Shown here: piece by piece, positions 17,402-26,905 of the stretch
Layout: each line of letters starts with the position of its first letter
Position numbering within the stretch: the first letter of the stretch is position 1
Origin: Pirellulales bacterium
GTDB taxonomy: Bacteria; Planctomycetota; Planctomycetia; Pirellulales; JACPPG01
Direction: 5' to 3'
Assembly (NCBI GenBank): GCA_035546535.1
Contig: DASZWQ010000111.1
Coordinates: 16,357-80,356 of the forward strand
DNA length: 64,000 nucleotides
Program-made: the position numbers and the translations under genes
Notes under the pieces: generated by a model
The model's database searches: none
Told to the model about the DNA's origin: nothing
The model's input: the letters and a program-made list of their open reading frames with translations, nothing else

Positions 17402-19753
17402 TTAGGGATTAGGCGCGGCCGCTGGCGGCGCGCCGGCTGGCGGCGATGCAGGAGGCGCTGGACTTTCGCCCGCCGGTGCTTCACCCGCGGCAGGCGGAGC
17501 TTCGCCGGCAGGCGCCGCAGGCGGTTCGGTCGGGGCTTCGCCCGGGGGTGCAGCGGGCGCCGGTTCACCACCCGCTGGCATGGGTGACGCCGCCGCGGGA
17601 GCGCCCTCGGCCGGCGGAGATTCCTCGGGGGTCGGTGCGGGTGTGGCAACTGCAGGGGGCGGGGCCGCGTCGGCGGGCTCAACCGGCGCCGCGCCCTCTT
17701 CCGCAGGCGGCGGTGGTTCCTCTTGCGGCGGTTCATCCAACCAACACAGCTCGACGAAAAAATCGAAGCGCGGCGCGGGAATCTGTTTCGCTTGGCCGGC
17801 AGCTCCTTCTACGTTGGGGCCGTCGTCAGCACCCTCGATTTTGTTCTCCCAAAAGACTTCGTAGGTGCGGGCTCCCGAGGCGGGCACGACCACGGGGAAG
17901 AGCAATCCGATTTTTTTCAGATCGATTTCGCTAGGACCGTCCGGCACACGATCCTCTTCGGGAATGGTCAGCTTGCCCGACTTCAGATTCCGGATGATCG
18001 TCTGGCGGACGTAATGCTCCTTGCTCGTTTCCAGATGCACCCTGTCGTTGTGAAAGTGATAGCCGCGCAGCGAAATGATCCAGCCGGGGCCGCTCGGCCC
18101 TGTGACTTCGGGTTCGGGGGTGGGCTCAGGGGGAGGCGGCGTGGCTTCGGCCCCGTCGGCAGGCGGCGGCGGGGGAGGCGGTGGCGCCTTGGGTTCGGCC
18201 TTATCGAATTCCTTGATGCTCGTGTACCATGACGTGACATCATCAAGATGCTGTGCCTGCACCGACAAAATATTCAGCGATTTCCGCTTCGTCACGTCGG
18301 CCGGCAAGTCGCCCTCGTCCTTGGGCAGCGCCAGGTTCAGCGCTTTCCAGACCTCGAGCCAGCGCTCACGCCGTTCGGCGCTAGGGACCAGGCTCTGCCC
18401 CACGTCCCCCATTTTTTTGTAGTCGTCTTTGGCCTTGGTGTAGCTCGACTCGTAGCCGCGCGCCCGGGACACGACGTCGTTCGCACGAGCCACAGCCGGC
18501 GCGAAATAGTTGTCCTGCAGCACGGCGTTCCAGGCGCGCCAGTAGCCGAAGTAGCTGATCGTGCAGCCGAGCAGGAGCGCGGCCGCTGCGCCGACAGCCC
18601 ACGGCTTTTTCGCGCGAATCATGCGGTCCTTCATGATCTCGCGCGGCAGCAAGTTCGTGCGGATGGCCGACTCTTTCAGCCCCTGTAGCGCCAAACCGTA
18701 GCAGACGCCGAAGCTGGCCACGTTTTCCTTGAAGGCTGGCGCATCCACCACCGAGGGACCGGTCAGCCCGCGGAACGTCTCCAGCCGGTTGAACTCATTG
18801 CCCAGGTTTTGCGCCAGGTAGCGCTGCAGCCCCGGGAGCTTCATGGCATTGCCCAGGCCGAGGACGCGGCCGATCTTGGCGCGGCGATCGATGTTCGAGA
18901 AATAACCAATCGAGCGCTGCACCTCGGTCAACAGATCGTTGAACACGGGGCGCATGGCTTGAAAGAGCGCCTTGGGATCGTCGGCCTTGGCGGCGTTGCG
19001 CTTCAAATGCTCGGCCGTGGCGAAGGTCAGCTTCAGTTCCTTGGTCAGGGCCTTGGTGAAATGGTTGCCGCCGATCGGCACGCTGCGCTGCCAGACGCGG
19101 AAACCGTTGGTGACAACCAGGTCGGTCGAATCGGTGCCGAGCGAAAGCAAAACCGTCGACGGTGGTGGATTGTCGGGATCGTAGTCGGCCGGAGGCGGCA
19201 GATCTTGCATCTGGTCGAAAACGACGAAGTTGTAGAGTGCCAGCGGCGTCAACTGCACGACGTCGACTTCGATGCCGGAGTCGATGAACGGCTTCAGCGC
19301 GCGATACACCTGGTCGCGCTTCATCGCGAACAGGCCCACCTCGGTCTCCAGCGCAAAACCCTCCTCTTCACTGCCGCCGACCATCTTTTGATAGTCCCAC
19401 ACGACGTCTTCGAGCGAAAAGGGAATCTGTTGCCGCGCCTCGTACTTGACGATGTCCGGAATCTTCTTGGCTTCGACCGGCGGCAACTTGATGAACCGCG
19501 CCAGGCCGCTTTGCCCGGGCACCGACACCGCCACCCGATCGCCGCGCACGCTGTTGCGCGACAAGAACTGCGTGATGGCCTCTTGCACCAGGGCCGCGGG
19601 ATCGGCCTCGGGCTGGCTGAGGATTTTGGGGTATTCGACGTAGTCGAAGGCGTCGGCCAAAACCTGCGAAGGCTCCCCTCCGGGGCGGCAACGCAGCGCC
19701 TTGAGCGCACATTGGCCGATATCGATACCCCAAACGGCATCACTTCTCGCCAT
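17402..19753 (-). CDS. pilM: PilM-like actin-fold ATPase fused to a PilN-like transmembrane segment and a Pro/Ala-rich tail
   Basis: ORF 17402..19810; ATG at 19753 (MARSDAVWGIDIGQCALKAL). PilM hallmarks: GIDIG, LPPVEAKKIPDIVKYEARQQIPFSLEDVVWDY, LSLGTDSTDLVV. TM helix WAVGAAAALLLGCTISYFGYW at about aa 390. The last ~150 aa are PPPAEE/APAAPP low complexity. Confidence 0.85.
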   Translation of the reverse strand: MARSDAVWGIDIGQCALKALRCRPGGEPSQVLADAFDYVEYPKILSQPEADPAALVQEAITQFLSRNSVRGDRVAVSVPGQSGLARFIKLPPVEAKKIPDIVKYEARQQIPFSLEDVVWDYQKMVGGSEEEGFALETEVGLFAMKRDQVYRALKPFIDSGIEVDVVQLTPLALYNFVVFDQMQDLPPPADYDPDNPPPSTVLLSLGTDSTDLVVTNGFRVWQRSVPIGGNHFTKALTKELKLTFATAEHLKRNAAKADDPKALFQAMRPVFNDLLTEVQRSIGYFSNIDRRAKIGRVLGLGNAMKLPGLQRYLAQNLGNEFNRLETFRGLTGPSVVDAPAFKENVASFGVCYGLALQGLKESAIRTNLLPREIMKDRMIRAKKPWAVGAAAALLLGCTISYFGYWRAWNAVLQDNYFAPAVARANDVVSRARGYESSYTKAKDDYKKMGDVGQSLVPSAERRERWLEVWKALNLALPKDEGDLPADVTKRKSLNILSVQAQHLDDVTSWYTSIKEFDKAEPKAPPPPPPPPADGAEATPPPPEPTPEPEVTGPSGPGWIISLRGYHFHNDRVHLETSKEHYVRQTIIRNLKSGKLTIPEEDRVPDGPSEIDLKKIGLLFPVVVPASGARTYEVFWENKIEGADDGPNVEGAAGQAKQIPAPRFDFFVELCWLDEPPQEEPPPPAEEGAAPVEPADAAPPPAVATPAPTPEESPPAEGAPAAASPMPAGGEPAPAAPPGEAPTEPPAAPAGEAPPAAGEAPAGESPAPPASPPAGAPPAAAPNP

Positions 19754-20114
19754 GCCAGTTTCCCTTCGTCTGGTCCGCGGAGCCCGGAGCAGGCCCCAAT
19801 CGTTCGGCAACCCGGGCCGGAAAACGGCCGTGATGGGAGGTTGGGGTTGCCTGCCCTATTCCAAGCCCAATTATCGAGTTACATAAACTAGTGTCAACCA
19901 GATCGTCGCTTGTCGCAAGGGTCTGGCGGGCGGAAAAATCCGTGCCGCGCCGGCTGACCGAGCGGCGGCCGTCATCGCTCGTGCTTTACCAGGGGAGTGC
20001 CGATTGTGCCGGCTCTGGCCGCGGCTCGACTTCTTGTGCCTAGCGGGCTATCGTGGACTGCCCGCCCGCTCCACTCCGAATCATTTCGGCCAGTCGCCGG
20101 AACTCATTGGCCCT

Positions 20115-22910
20115 ATGAAATTTGAAGAAGTTTGTGTCCTTCTGCCTTGCCATAGCTTGGAGGACTTCCCTACGCACTACGAGGGGGCCTCGGCCGAAGG
20201 GCTGCTGGCCGCCTGGTCCGCCATGTGGCACCCGGCCTTACTGGCAGCGACCGGCCGTTTGCCCACCTGGTATCGCGCCGAGGGGCCGCCTGACGCACTC
20301 TCGGGCCGACTAATCATCATTCCTCCAACTAGCGAGCCCTTGTTGCTGGCCGGCTGGGTGTCACGCGCAACGGGCGAAGGAGCCCACGTCGTCCGCAAGC
20401 TCTCGCGCCGCGGCGAAATCGTTTCCGCAGCGCTGGCCGGGCTTGATGAACAGCCCCAGGTGGATCCCGAACTGGTGGCCGATTTTCTAGCGCTGGGCTA
20501 CGGCTATCTGGCGGTTGAATTGCTCACCCGGCAGATGCGCTACATGAGCAATATCGACGAAGTTCACCTGCAGAACGAGACTCTGGCCGCGGCACGGGCC
20601 TGCCTGGCGGGTGATGCCGAGACGGCGCGGCGGCATTTGCAGAACAGCTTTGAAGTCTTGATCGAAGCCCGCGAGCGTTTCTATCCCGTCGATGCCTATC
20701 TGATCGACCTGACCTTGGTCGCGCCAACGACCGTCGGCGAATCGCTGCGGCGGCAGCTCACAAGCGACGTACCGCAAAACGTGTTGATCTCGGCGGACAC
20801 TTTGGCACAGCTGGCCGAGGCTGCGCCGCAAACCCTTGCGGCACTGCGCATGGCCCTCGATCACCAGACCGTATCGATCGTCGGAGGCGAGCGCAGCGAG
20901 CGCGAATTGCCGCTGTTGCCCCTGGAAGAGACGCTGGCCGATTTTCAAGCGGCGGCACGCCTCTATCAGGATCTGCTGGGCCAGGCGCCACGCGTGTACG
21001 GCCGGCGACGCTTTGGGCTCTCACCGCTGTTGCCGCAGATCTTGTCGCGATCGGGCTTCATCGGCGCGCTACACGCCACGCTCGACGACGGCCGCTTTGC
21101 CACCGCTTCGCAAGCCAAGGTGCGCTGGGAAGGGATCGACTATTCGGCGATCGATGCCCTGGTGCGCTTGCCGCTGGACGCGAATCGGGCCGACACGTTT
21201 CTCGGCCTGCCCCGCACGCTCGGCGAATCGATGGATCGCGATCATGTAGCCACGGCTATCTTTGCCCATTGGCCGTCTCAGGCTGATACGTTTTACGGCG
21301 ATCTGCGGCGCATGGCAGCCTACGGCGCAGTGCTCGGCAAATTCATCACGCTCGAAGAGTATTTCACCAACACGGCCAGCCCGGGCGAGATCGTCAAGTT
21401 CAAAGCCGACGGTTATCGCGCGCCCTATCTAAAGCAAGCGGCAGCTGAGAAGGGCTCGCAGCCGATCTCGGGCATATCCGAACAGCACGCCCGGCAGGCT
21501 CTATGCTTGGCGACCGAAGCGGTGGACGCGATGACGATCTGCGTGGGAGGCGCCGTTCCTGGCAGGCCCGACGAAGCGTCCGCTGCCGCGGAAAAAGAGC
21601 TTCAGCACGATCTGGATGAGGCCGCCGCGCGGCTCGCGTCGGTGCTTGCGCCCACCGACAGCGCTCAAAGCGGCCTGCTCGTGGTCAATCCGCACAGCTT
21701 CGCGCGACGCGCGCTCGTCGACGTCACGGCACTGGCCAGTTTGCCGGCGGTGGAAGGAACCGTTGTCGCCACGCAGGAATCCGCAGGACGAAAGTGGGCC
21801 GTCGTCGACGTGCCGGGCTTGGGTTTTTCGTGGCTCGCACCGGGCCCTGCCACTCCCGTAGCGCCACCGAAAAAGAAAGGGCCCAAACCGCTCGCCGCCG
21901 GGACGTCGCTCTCGAACGAGTTCCTCCGCATCGAGATCAGCCCCGCCACGGGCGCCGTGCAAGGGATTTACGATCTGACGCAGCGGGGCAACCGCGTGGC
22001 GGTGCAGTTGGCGCGGCGCACGCCTCCTCCGCCGCCGCGGCCGGGTGATATTTGGCGCGACACCGACGAAGGGGCCGTGTATTCCGCGATGGTGGCTGAC
22101 GCGGTCGAAGTCACGCACACGGGCCCGGCATTCGGCGAGATCGCCAGCCGGGGCCGAATGGTCGATGCCGCGGGAAAAACGATCGCCCGATTCACGCAGC
22201 GCTATCGCCTGGCTTGCGGCAGCCGCGTCTTGGAAATCGAGACGGAACTGGAAATCGACGAGCCGGCCGGCGGCGACCCGTGGGAATCGTATTACGCCGC
22301 CCGATTCGCCTGGCCCGACGAAGACGTCGAGATTTACCGCGATATCGGGCTGGCGCGACAGGCGAGCGACGCCCGCCGGCTCGAGGCGCCGCACTATCTC
22401 GATCTACGTTCGTCGCGCGCCCGGACCACGATCCTGACGGCCGGACTTCCGTATCACCGGCGTGCCGGCAACCGCATGGTGGATACATTGCTTGTATCGG
22501 CGGGCGAAACGCAACGCTCATTTCGGTACGCGGTGGGCTTCGAGCTTGCACACCCGATGCAAGACGCATTGGCGATCGTGTCGCCGACGGTCGTTGTGCC
22601 TGGCGCGCGGCGACCAACGGGGTCGCACAATTCGACCTGGCTATTCCACGTCGATGCCAAGAACGTTGTCGTAACGCACTGGCAGGCTAAACGCGACGAC
22701 GCACAAGGTCCTCTGGTCCGGGTAAGGCTGGCCGAGACCGAAGGGCTGGCCGGTCGCGTGCGGCTGCGTGCCGTGCGCGACGTGGCCCAGGCGCGGCATA
22801 TCGATTTTCGCGGCCAAACGCTGGCCGAGTTGCCTGTCGCGGGAGATTGTGTCACGATCGACGTCGCGCCGTTTGAAGTGGTGGAGATCGAGACGCAGTT
22901 GCACCGCTGA
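20115..22910 (+). CDS. Large conserved hypothetical protein, distantly GH38 (alpha-mannosidase)-like
   Basis: ORF 20004..22910; ATG at 20115 (MKFEEVCVLLPCHSLEDFP). Segment RRRFGLSPLLPQILSRSGFIGALH resembles the GH38 xDxFGxSxxLPQIL block. NEFLRIEISPATGAVQGIYDL resembles the GH38 C-terminal beta-sandwich. The functional call is tentative. Confidence 0.6.
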   Translation: MKFEEVCVLLPCHSLEDFPTHYEGASAEGLLAAWSAMWHPALLAATGRLPTWYRAEGPPDALSGRLIIIPPTSEPLLLAGWVSRATGEGAHVVRKLSRRGEIVSAALAGLDEQPQVDPELVADFLALGYGYLAVELLTRQMRYMSNIDEVHLQNETLAAARACLAGDAETARRHLQNSFEVLIEARERFYPVDAYLIDLTLVAPTTVGESLRRQLTSDVPQNVLISADTLAQLAEAAPQTLAALRMALDHQTVSIVGGERSERELPLLPLEETLADFQAAARLYQDLLGQAPRVYGRRRFGLSPLLPQILSRSGFIGALHATLDDGRFATASQAKVRWEGIDYSAIDALVRLPLDANRADTFLGLPRTLGESMDRDHVATAIFAHWPSQADTFYGDLRRMAAYGAVLGKFITLEEYFTNTASPGEIVKFKADGYRAPYLKQAAAEKGSQPISGISEQHARQALCLATEAVDAMTICVGGAVPGRPDEASAAAEKELQHDLDEAAARLASVLAPTDSAQSGLLVVNPHSFARRALVDVTALASLPAVEGTVVATQESAGRKWAVVDVPGLGFSWLAPGPATPVAPPKKKGPKPLAAGTSLSNEFLRIEISPATGAVQGIYDLTQRGNRVAVQLARRTPPPPPRPGDIWRDTDEGAVYSAMVADAVEVTHTGPAFGEIASRGRMVDAAGKTIARFTQRYRLACGSRVLEIETELEIDEPAGGDPWESYYAARFAWPDEDVEIYRDIGLARQASDARRLEAPHYLDLRSSRARTTILTAGLPYHRRAGNRMVDTLLVSAGETQRSFRYAVGFELAHPMQDALAIVSPTVVVPGARRPTGSHNSTWLFHVDAKNVVVTHWQAKRDDAQGPLVRVRLAETEGLAGRVRLRAVRDVAQARHIDFRGQTLAELPVAGDCVTIDVAPFEVVEIETQLHR

Positions 22911-22942
22911 GCGCCCTCAGTGCGGCGGATCAAAAGAATCCC

Positions 22943-23605
22943 ATGATCGTGACCATCGACGGACCTGCCGGAGCCGGCAAGAGCAGCGTTTCGCGGATGC
23001 TGGCGCAGCGCCTGGGTTTCGCTTTTCTCGACACGGGCGCGATGTATCGGGCCGTGGCGCTGGCGGCGCTACGGCAGAACCTTGGCTGGAATGACCCGAC
23101 GGCGCTCGCGGCCCTGGCGCGGCGGCTGAATATCGAAATTCGCGACGACCGCACTTATCTCGAAGGAGAGGACGTCAGCAGCGAAATCCGCAGCCACGAG
23201 GTGACCTCGGCCACGCATTACGCCGCCAACAACGTTGCAGTCCGCGCGCACCTGGTCCAGCTGCAGCGGCAAGTGGCGGGTCGGCTGGACATCGTCACCG
23301 AGGGGCGGGACCAGGGAACGGTCGTTTTTCCGCACGCTGAATGCAAGATTTTTCTCGACGCTTCGCCCCATGAACGGGCCCGGCGGCGGCAGGCCGATTT
23401 GGCGGCCCGTGGCGAGAAGCTAAGCTTGGACGAGGTGCTCGCGGACCAGAACCGGCGCGACGAAAGCGATGCTGCGCGCGAGGTGGGTCCGCTCGTGGCG
23501 GCGGCCGACGCCGTACACGTGAACACGGATGGGTTAGCGCCCGAGGAAGTCGTCGACCGCTTGGAGGCGCTCGTGCGAGCAAGGATGCCGGAAGCCGCAA
23601 AGTAG
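22943..23605 (+). CDS. cmk: Cytidylate kinase
   Basis: MIVTIDGPAGAGKSSVSRMLAQRLGFAFLDTGAMYRAVA (P-loop plus Cmk N-terminal signature), then VTEGRDQGTVVFP and RARRR. Confidence 0.95.
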   Translation: MIVTIDGPAGAGKSSVSRMLAQRLGFAFLDTGAMYRAVALAALRQNLGWNDPTALAALARRLNIEIRDDRTYLEGEDVSSEIRSHEVTSATHYAANNVAVRAHLVQLQRQVAGRLDIVTEGRDQGTVVFPHAECKIFLDASPHERARRRQADLAARGEKLSLDEVLADQNRRDESDAAREVGPLVAAADAVHVNTDGLAPEEVVDRLEALVRARMPEAAK

Positions 23606-23676
23606 ACGCAATCCCAATCGAAGCGGGGCTGTCTGCTTCGACATTTGACTCTCGACATTCGTCATTTAGCGCAACC

Positions 23677-24393
23677 ATGGCTGACCGATCGCTCGCGAAA
23701 CAGCTTTGGTACAAATATTTGCACGTGACGTGCCGGCTAACGTTCACGGGCTTGTTTCATTTTCGTTGCACCGGGCGCGAGAATGAGCCCGCCGCGGGAG
23801 GGGCCCTGGTACTCTCGAACCACCAAAGCATGTTCGACCCGGTGCTGGTGGGCGCGACGCTCGAGCGACGTTTGAACTACATGGCGCGGGAGACGCTATT
23901 CGCCTTCGCGCCGTTTCGCTGGCTCATTCAATCGCTCGATGCCATTCCGATCGATCGCGAAGGGTTGGGGCTCTCGGGCTTGAAGGAGACGCTGCGGCGC
24001 GTGAAGCGCGGCGAGATGGTGCTGATCTTTCCCGAGGGAACGCGATCGCCTGACGGTGAAGTGGCGGCGCTCAAACCCGGCTTTTCAGCGCTGGCCCGCC
24101 GCGCGAAGGTGCCGCTTTTGCCAATCGGCATCGATGGGGCCTACCAGGCCTGGCCGCGCGACCATGCCTTTCCCGGCTTGTCGACGATCCATGTCCACGT
24201 TGGCGAGCCGATTCCCGCCGAAGAGGCTGCCACGGCCGATGAACGGGAACTCGTGGCCGAGGTTGAGCGACGGATCCGCGCCTGTCATGCCATTGCCCGG
24301 CAAGGCCGGCTGCGGGCGCTCGACCAATTGTCCCGCGAGGATGCGTCTCAGCACGTCGTGCCGGTAGCCGTGGCCGAAGCAATCGTGGCCTGA
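23677..24393 (+). CDS. plsC: 1-acyl-sn-glycerol-3-phosphate acyltransferase
   Basis: Acyltransferase motifs NHQSMFDP (HX4D), ARETLF, FPEGTRS and IGIDGAY. Immediately downstream of cmk. Confidence 0.9.
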   Translation: MADRSLAKQLWYKYLHVTCRLTFTGLFHFRCTGRENEPAAGGALVLSNHQSMFDPVLVGATLERRLNYMARETLFAFAPFRWLIQSLDAIPIDREGLGLSGLKETLRRVKRGEMVLIFPEGTRSPDGEVAALKPGFSALARRAKVPLLPIGIDGAYQAWPRDHAFPGLSTIHVHVGEPIPAEEAATADERELVAEVERRIRACHAIARQGRLRALDQLSREDASQHVVPVAVAEAIVA

Positions 24394-24708
24394 ATCCTCG
24401 GTTGGCGTGCTGAATGTCCATTGCGCCGTCAAATCGCACCGATGTTGGCTTTTTTCACCATGCGGGCGGCCTGCGCGTGGATTCAAGCCGTTCCCGCACT
24501 TCGTGAAAAGCTTCACTATCAGTTTTGCAAGGCGGGCGCGGTCCAGAAAATGCTGTCGCCTATCAGATGGTGTCTGCCCGACCGCGATAGTCCTATAATT
24601 CACGTATCGCACGCCGTGACGAAGGAAGCGCGCAATCAAGGAGTGTTTTGATTTCGGCGCTTCTGGATCGTCGCGGCAAACGCCCACAAAGTTTTCGGAG
24701 GTTTTGTC

Positions 24709-25161
24709 ATGCATGCCCTATCTCGTTTTGCAGCCGTCGCCCTGCTGCTGTTCTTGGCGACGAGCGCACTGGCCGACGATCAGAAGAGCGCGGCGAATGC
24801 CGCGGCTGGTGATCAGAAGGCCGTGACCAAGCAACAGGACAACAGCAATGCGACGGCCGCCCGCTGGCGCTATCGCCGCCATAATGGCCGCTGGTGGTAC
24901 TACACGCCGGCCAACAATTGGATGGTTTTCCACAACAATGCGTGGGCACCATACCGTGCGGGCATGTTCGCCAGCGAGCAGCGCATGACCAGCCAGCCGG
25001 TGCGCCGCTATTCGTATGACCCGGGCTTCCAAGGAAACGCGGGTTACTATCCTCGCATCTATCGAGCCCCGGGTAATTTCGGCGTGCAAAAGTCGATCCG
25101 CTACGCCGGATCGAAGATCAACGCCGACTACGCGCCTTACACAGGCGGCAGCATGCAGTAA
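24709..25161 (+). CDS. Secreted hypothetical protein (Trp/Tyr/Asn-rich)
   Basis: Signal peptide AAVALLLFLATSALA. GGAGG lies 7 nt upstream of the ATG. WRYRRHNGRWWYYTPANNWMVFHNNAW segment. Followed by a clean intrinsic terminator. Confidence 0.65.
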   Translation: MHALSRFAAVALLLFLATSALADDQKSAANAAAGDQKAVTKQQDNSNATAARWRYRRHNGRWWYYTPANNWMVFHNNAWAPYRAGMFASEQRMTSQPVRRYSYDPGFQGNAGYYPRIYRAPGNFGVQKSIRYAGSKINADYAPYTGGSMQ

Positions 25162-25196
25162 GCTACTATTAGCTTTGCAACGGCTGATGAACTTGA

Positions 25197-25236
25197 GCCG
25201 CTTCGCGGGCCCACGGCGCCGCGGAGCGGCTTTTTT
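25197..25236 (+). terminator. Rho-independent terminator
   Basis: 12-bp stem gccgcttcgcgg (25197..25208) / ccgcggagcggc (25219..25230) with one G-U pair, 10-nt loop, then tttttt (25231..25236). Confidence 0.75.
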
Positions 25237-25272
25237 GTTGCGCCGCGCGATAGCGAGGGTATTGCTGCGATT

Positions 25273-25896
25273 TTAGCGCCGTAGCGCTGCACAATCAGCA
25301 TCGACGAATCGCAAGAGCGCGTCTTTCCACTCGCCGGCATAATCGACGCCGATCCGCTTCGTGCGCCGCAGCTTCGGCCGATCGCGCGGATCGTCGAGAA
25401 AGAACAGATCGTTCTGCGTCAGATCGACGCCGTTGTGAGCGCGTGTGACACCGAAAGCCCGCGCCAGCCGTCCGGGGCCGATGATGTGCGCGTCCCAATC
25501 GCCCAGCGGCTCAGCTCCGCGCAGGAGAACGGCCTGGGCGTCCCCTTTTTTCCCGACCACAACGTTGAGCATGTCGTACATGCCATAGATCAGGTAAACG
25601 TACGCGTAGCCCGGCGGTCCGAACATGATTTCCGTGCGCTTCGTCCGTCCCTTCGACGAATGCGACGCCAGATCGTGCGGGCCAACGTACGCCTCGGTCT
25701 CGACGATGCGGCCGCGAAACTCCCCGTCGCCCAGCCTGTGTACCAGAATCTTGCCGATCAGGTCCTGGGCGACGTCGATCGCCGGCCGCGCGAAGAACGC
25801 ACGACGCAGCTTGCGATGACGAGTTCGGCCCGGCTTCGATGCTTCGCTCAAGGCCGAGTTCCGCGGCATTCTCCGAATCCTACTCATCATCATCAT
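25273..25896 (-). CDS. mpg: DNA-3-methyladenine glycosylase (Mpg/AAG family)
   Basis: FFARPAIDVAQDLIGKILVH...GRIVETEAYVGPHDLASHS...GPPGYAYVYLIYGMYDMLNVV is the AAG-family core. The start is placed at the first of four consecutive ATGs (25896..25885); the ORF extends to 25944. Confidence 0.9.
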   Translation of the reverse strand: MMMMSRIRRMPRNSALSEASKPGRTRHRKLRRAFFARPAIDVAQDLIGKILVHRLGDGEFRGRIVETEAYVGPHDLASHSSKGRTKRTEIMFGPPGYAYVYLIYGMYDMLNVVVGKKGDAQAVLLRGAEPLGDWDAHIIGPGRLARAFGVTRAHNGVDLTQNDLFFLDDPRDRPKLRRTKRIGVDYAGEWKDALLRFVDADCAALRR

Positions 25897-25924
25897 TTTG
25901 CATTCTGCATTCGTGTCGACGCCT

Positions 25925-26704
25925 TCAATAAGGAAACCGCTCATCCAGCGGCGCGGCCGATAGTTCGACCAGAAACTGCGCCAGCCGTTCGACCAGCAGC
26001 TTCATCATGGCGCGCCCTTTTTCGGCCGTCGCCGCGTGAGGGTTGCCCGACCCGGTATTCGTGGTCAGCAGGTGCCAGGGACGGGTGATCGAGATCCAAC
26101 CGCGGTTGACGGCGTCAAACTTCGTCGCCGCCGTCGCGCCGGCGTCGGCCGCCAGGCTGCCATCGGGGTTTTTCGCCACCAGTTCCGGACGATACGCAAG
26201 GATGAACGACGTCTCCATTTCGCCCGCGTGATCGCCAGGCTCGACGAAGATCTCGTGCTCGATGTCGGCCAGCACCTTGTACCAGTTGCACAGGAACAAA
26301 TGCGCCGACGTCTTGCCGTACATCTCGCGCAAAATCGGCTTCAGATCGTTGCCGCCGTGGCTATTGAGCAGCACGACTTTGCGTATGTCGTGCCGGGCGA
26401 GCGATTCGACAAGGTCGCCGATCACAGCGGCCAACGTCGAAGGGTTGACGTTCATCGACAGCGGGTAAGCGATCTGGTTCGTTTCGGTGCCGTAGGGAAT
26501 CGTCGGCAGCAGCACGACCCTCGCCCCGCGATCGTGCGCCGCCTGGCAGATTTCCTCGCCGACCACGTCCCCTTCGATCGTGTCGGTGCCGTATGGCAGG
26601 TGCAGGTTATGCGGCTCGGTGGCCCCCAGCGGCAACACCGCCACCTGGAACTTGTTTTCCTTCACGTAAGCGTAGTTCGTCTCGGCCAGCTTCCAGGGAC
26701 GCAC
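25925..26704 (-). CDS. Creatininase-family amidohydrolase
   Basis: AVLPLGATEPHNLHLPYGTD, VLLNSHGGN and HAGEMETS motifs. The long ORF starts at 26851, but GTG at 26704 is preceded by GGAG with an 8-nt spacer and gives a family-typical N-terminus (VRPWKLAETNY). Confidence 0.85.
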   Translation of the reverse strand: MRPWKLAETNYAYVKENKFQVAVLPLGATEPHNLHLPYGTDTIEGDVVGEEICQAAHDRGARVVLLPTIPYGTETNQIAYPLSMNVNPSTLAAVIGDLVESLARHDIRKVVLLNSHGGNDLKPILREMYGKTSAHLFLCNWYKVLADIEHEIFVEPGDHAGEMETSFILAYRPELVAKNPDGSLAADAGATAATKFDAVNRGWISITRPWHLLTTNTGSGNPHAATAEKGRAMMKLLVERLAQFLVELSAAPLDERFPY

Positions 26705-26905
26705 GAATAAAACTCCGATCTGAAGGAAGGCGAGCAAAACGGGCAACGGGCGGTCCGAATCCCAAGCATTGGCATTCGGGGTGCCACGGATGGCTTGTCC
26801 ACCCGTGAATTCACGGGCGCTGCTATACGAGGCACTCGCGACACCCGTCACATTAGCCCGAATCGCGAGCGAGGGAAATGGGCATGGTGGTCTTCGAGAA
26901 GTCCC

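Noticed and set aside
24440-24500. tRNA-like T-arm resemblance (ggattcaagcc) in the plsC downstream gap.
   Set aside because: No acceptor stem, anticodon arm or CCA-compatible end could be folded around it on either strand.
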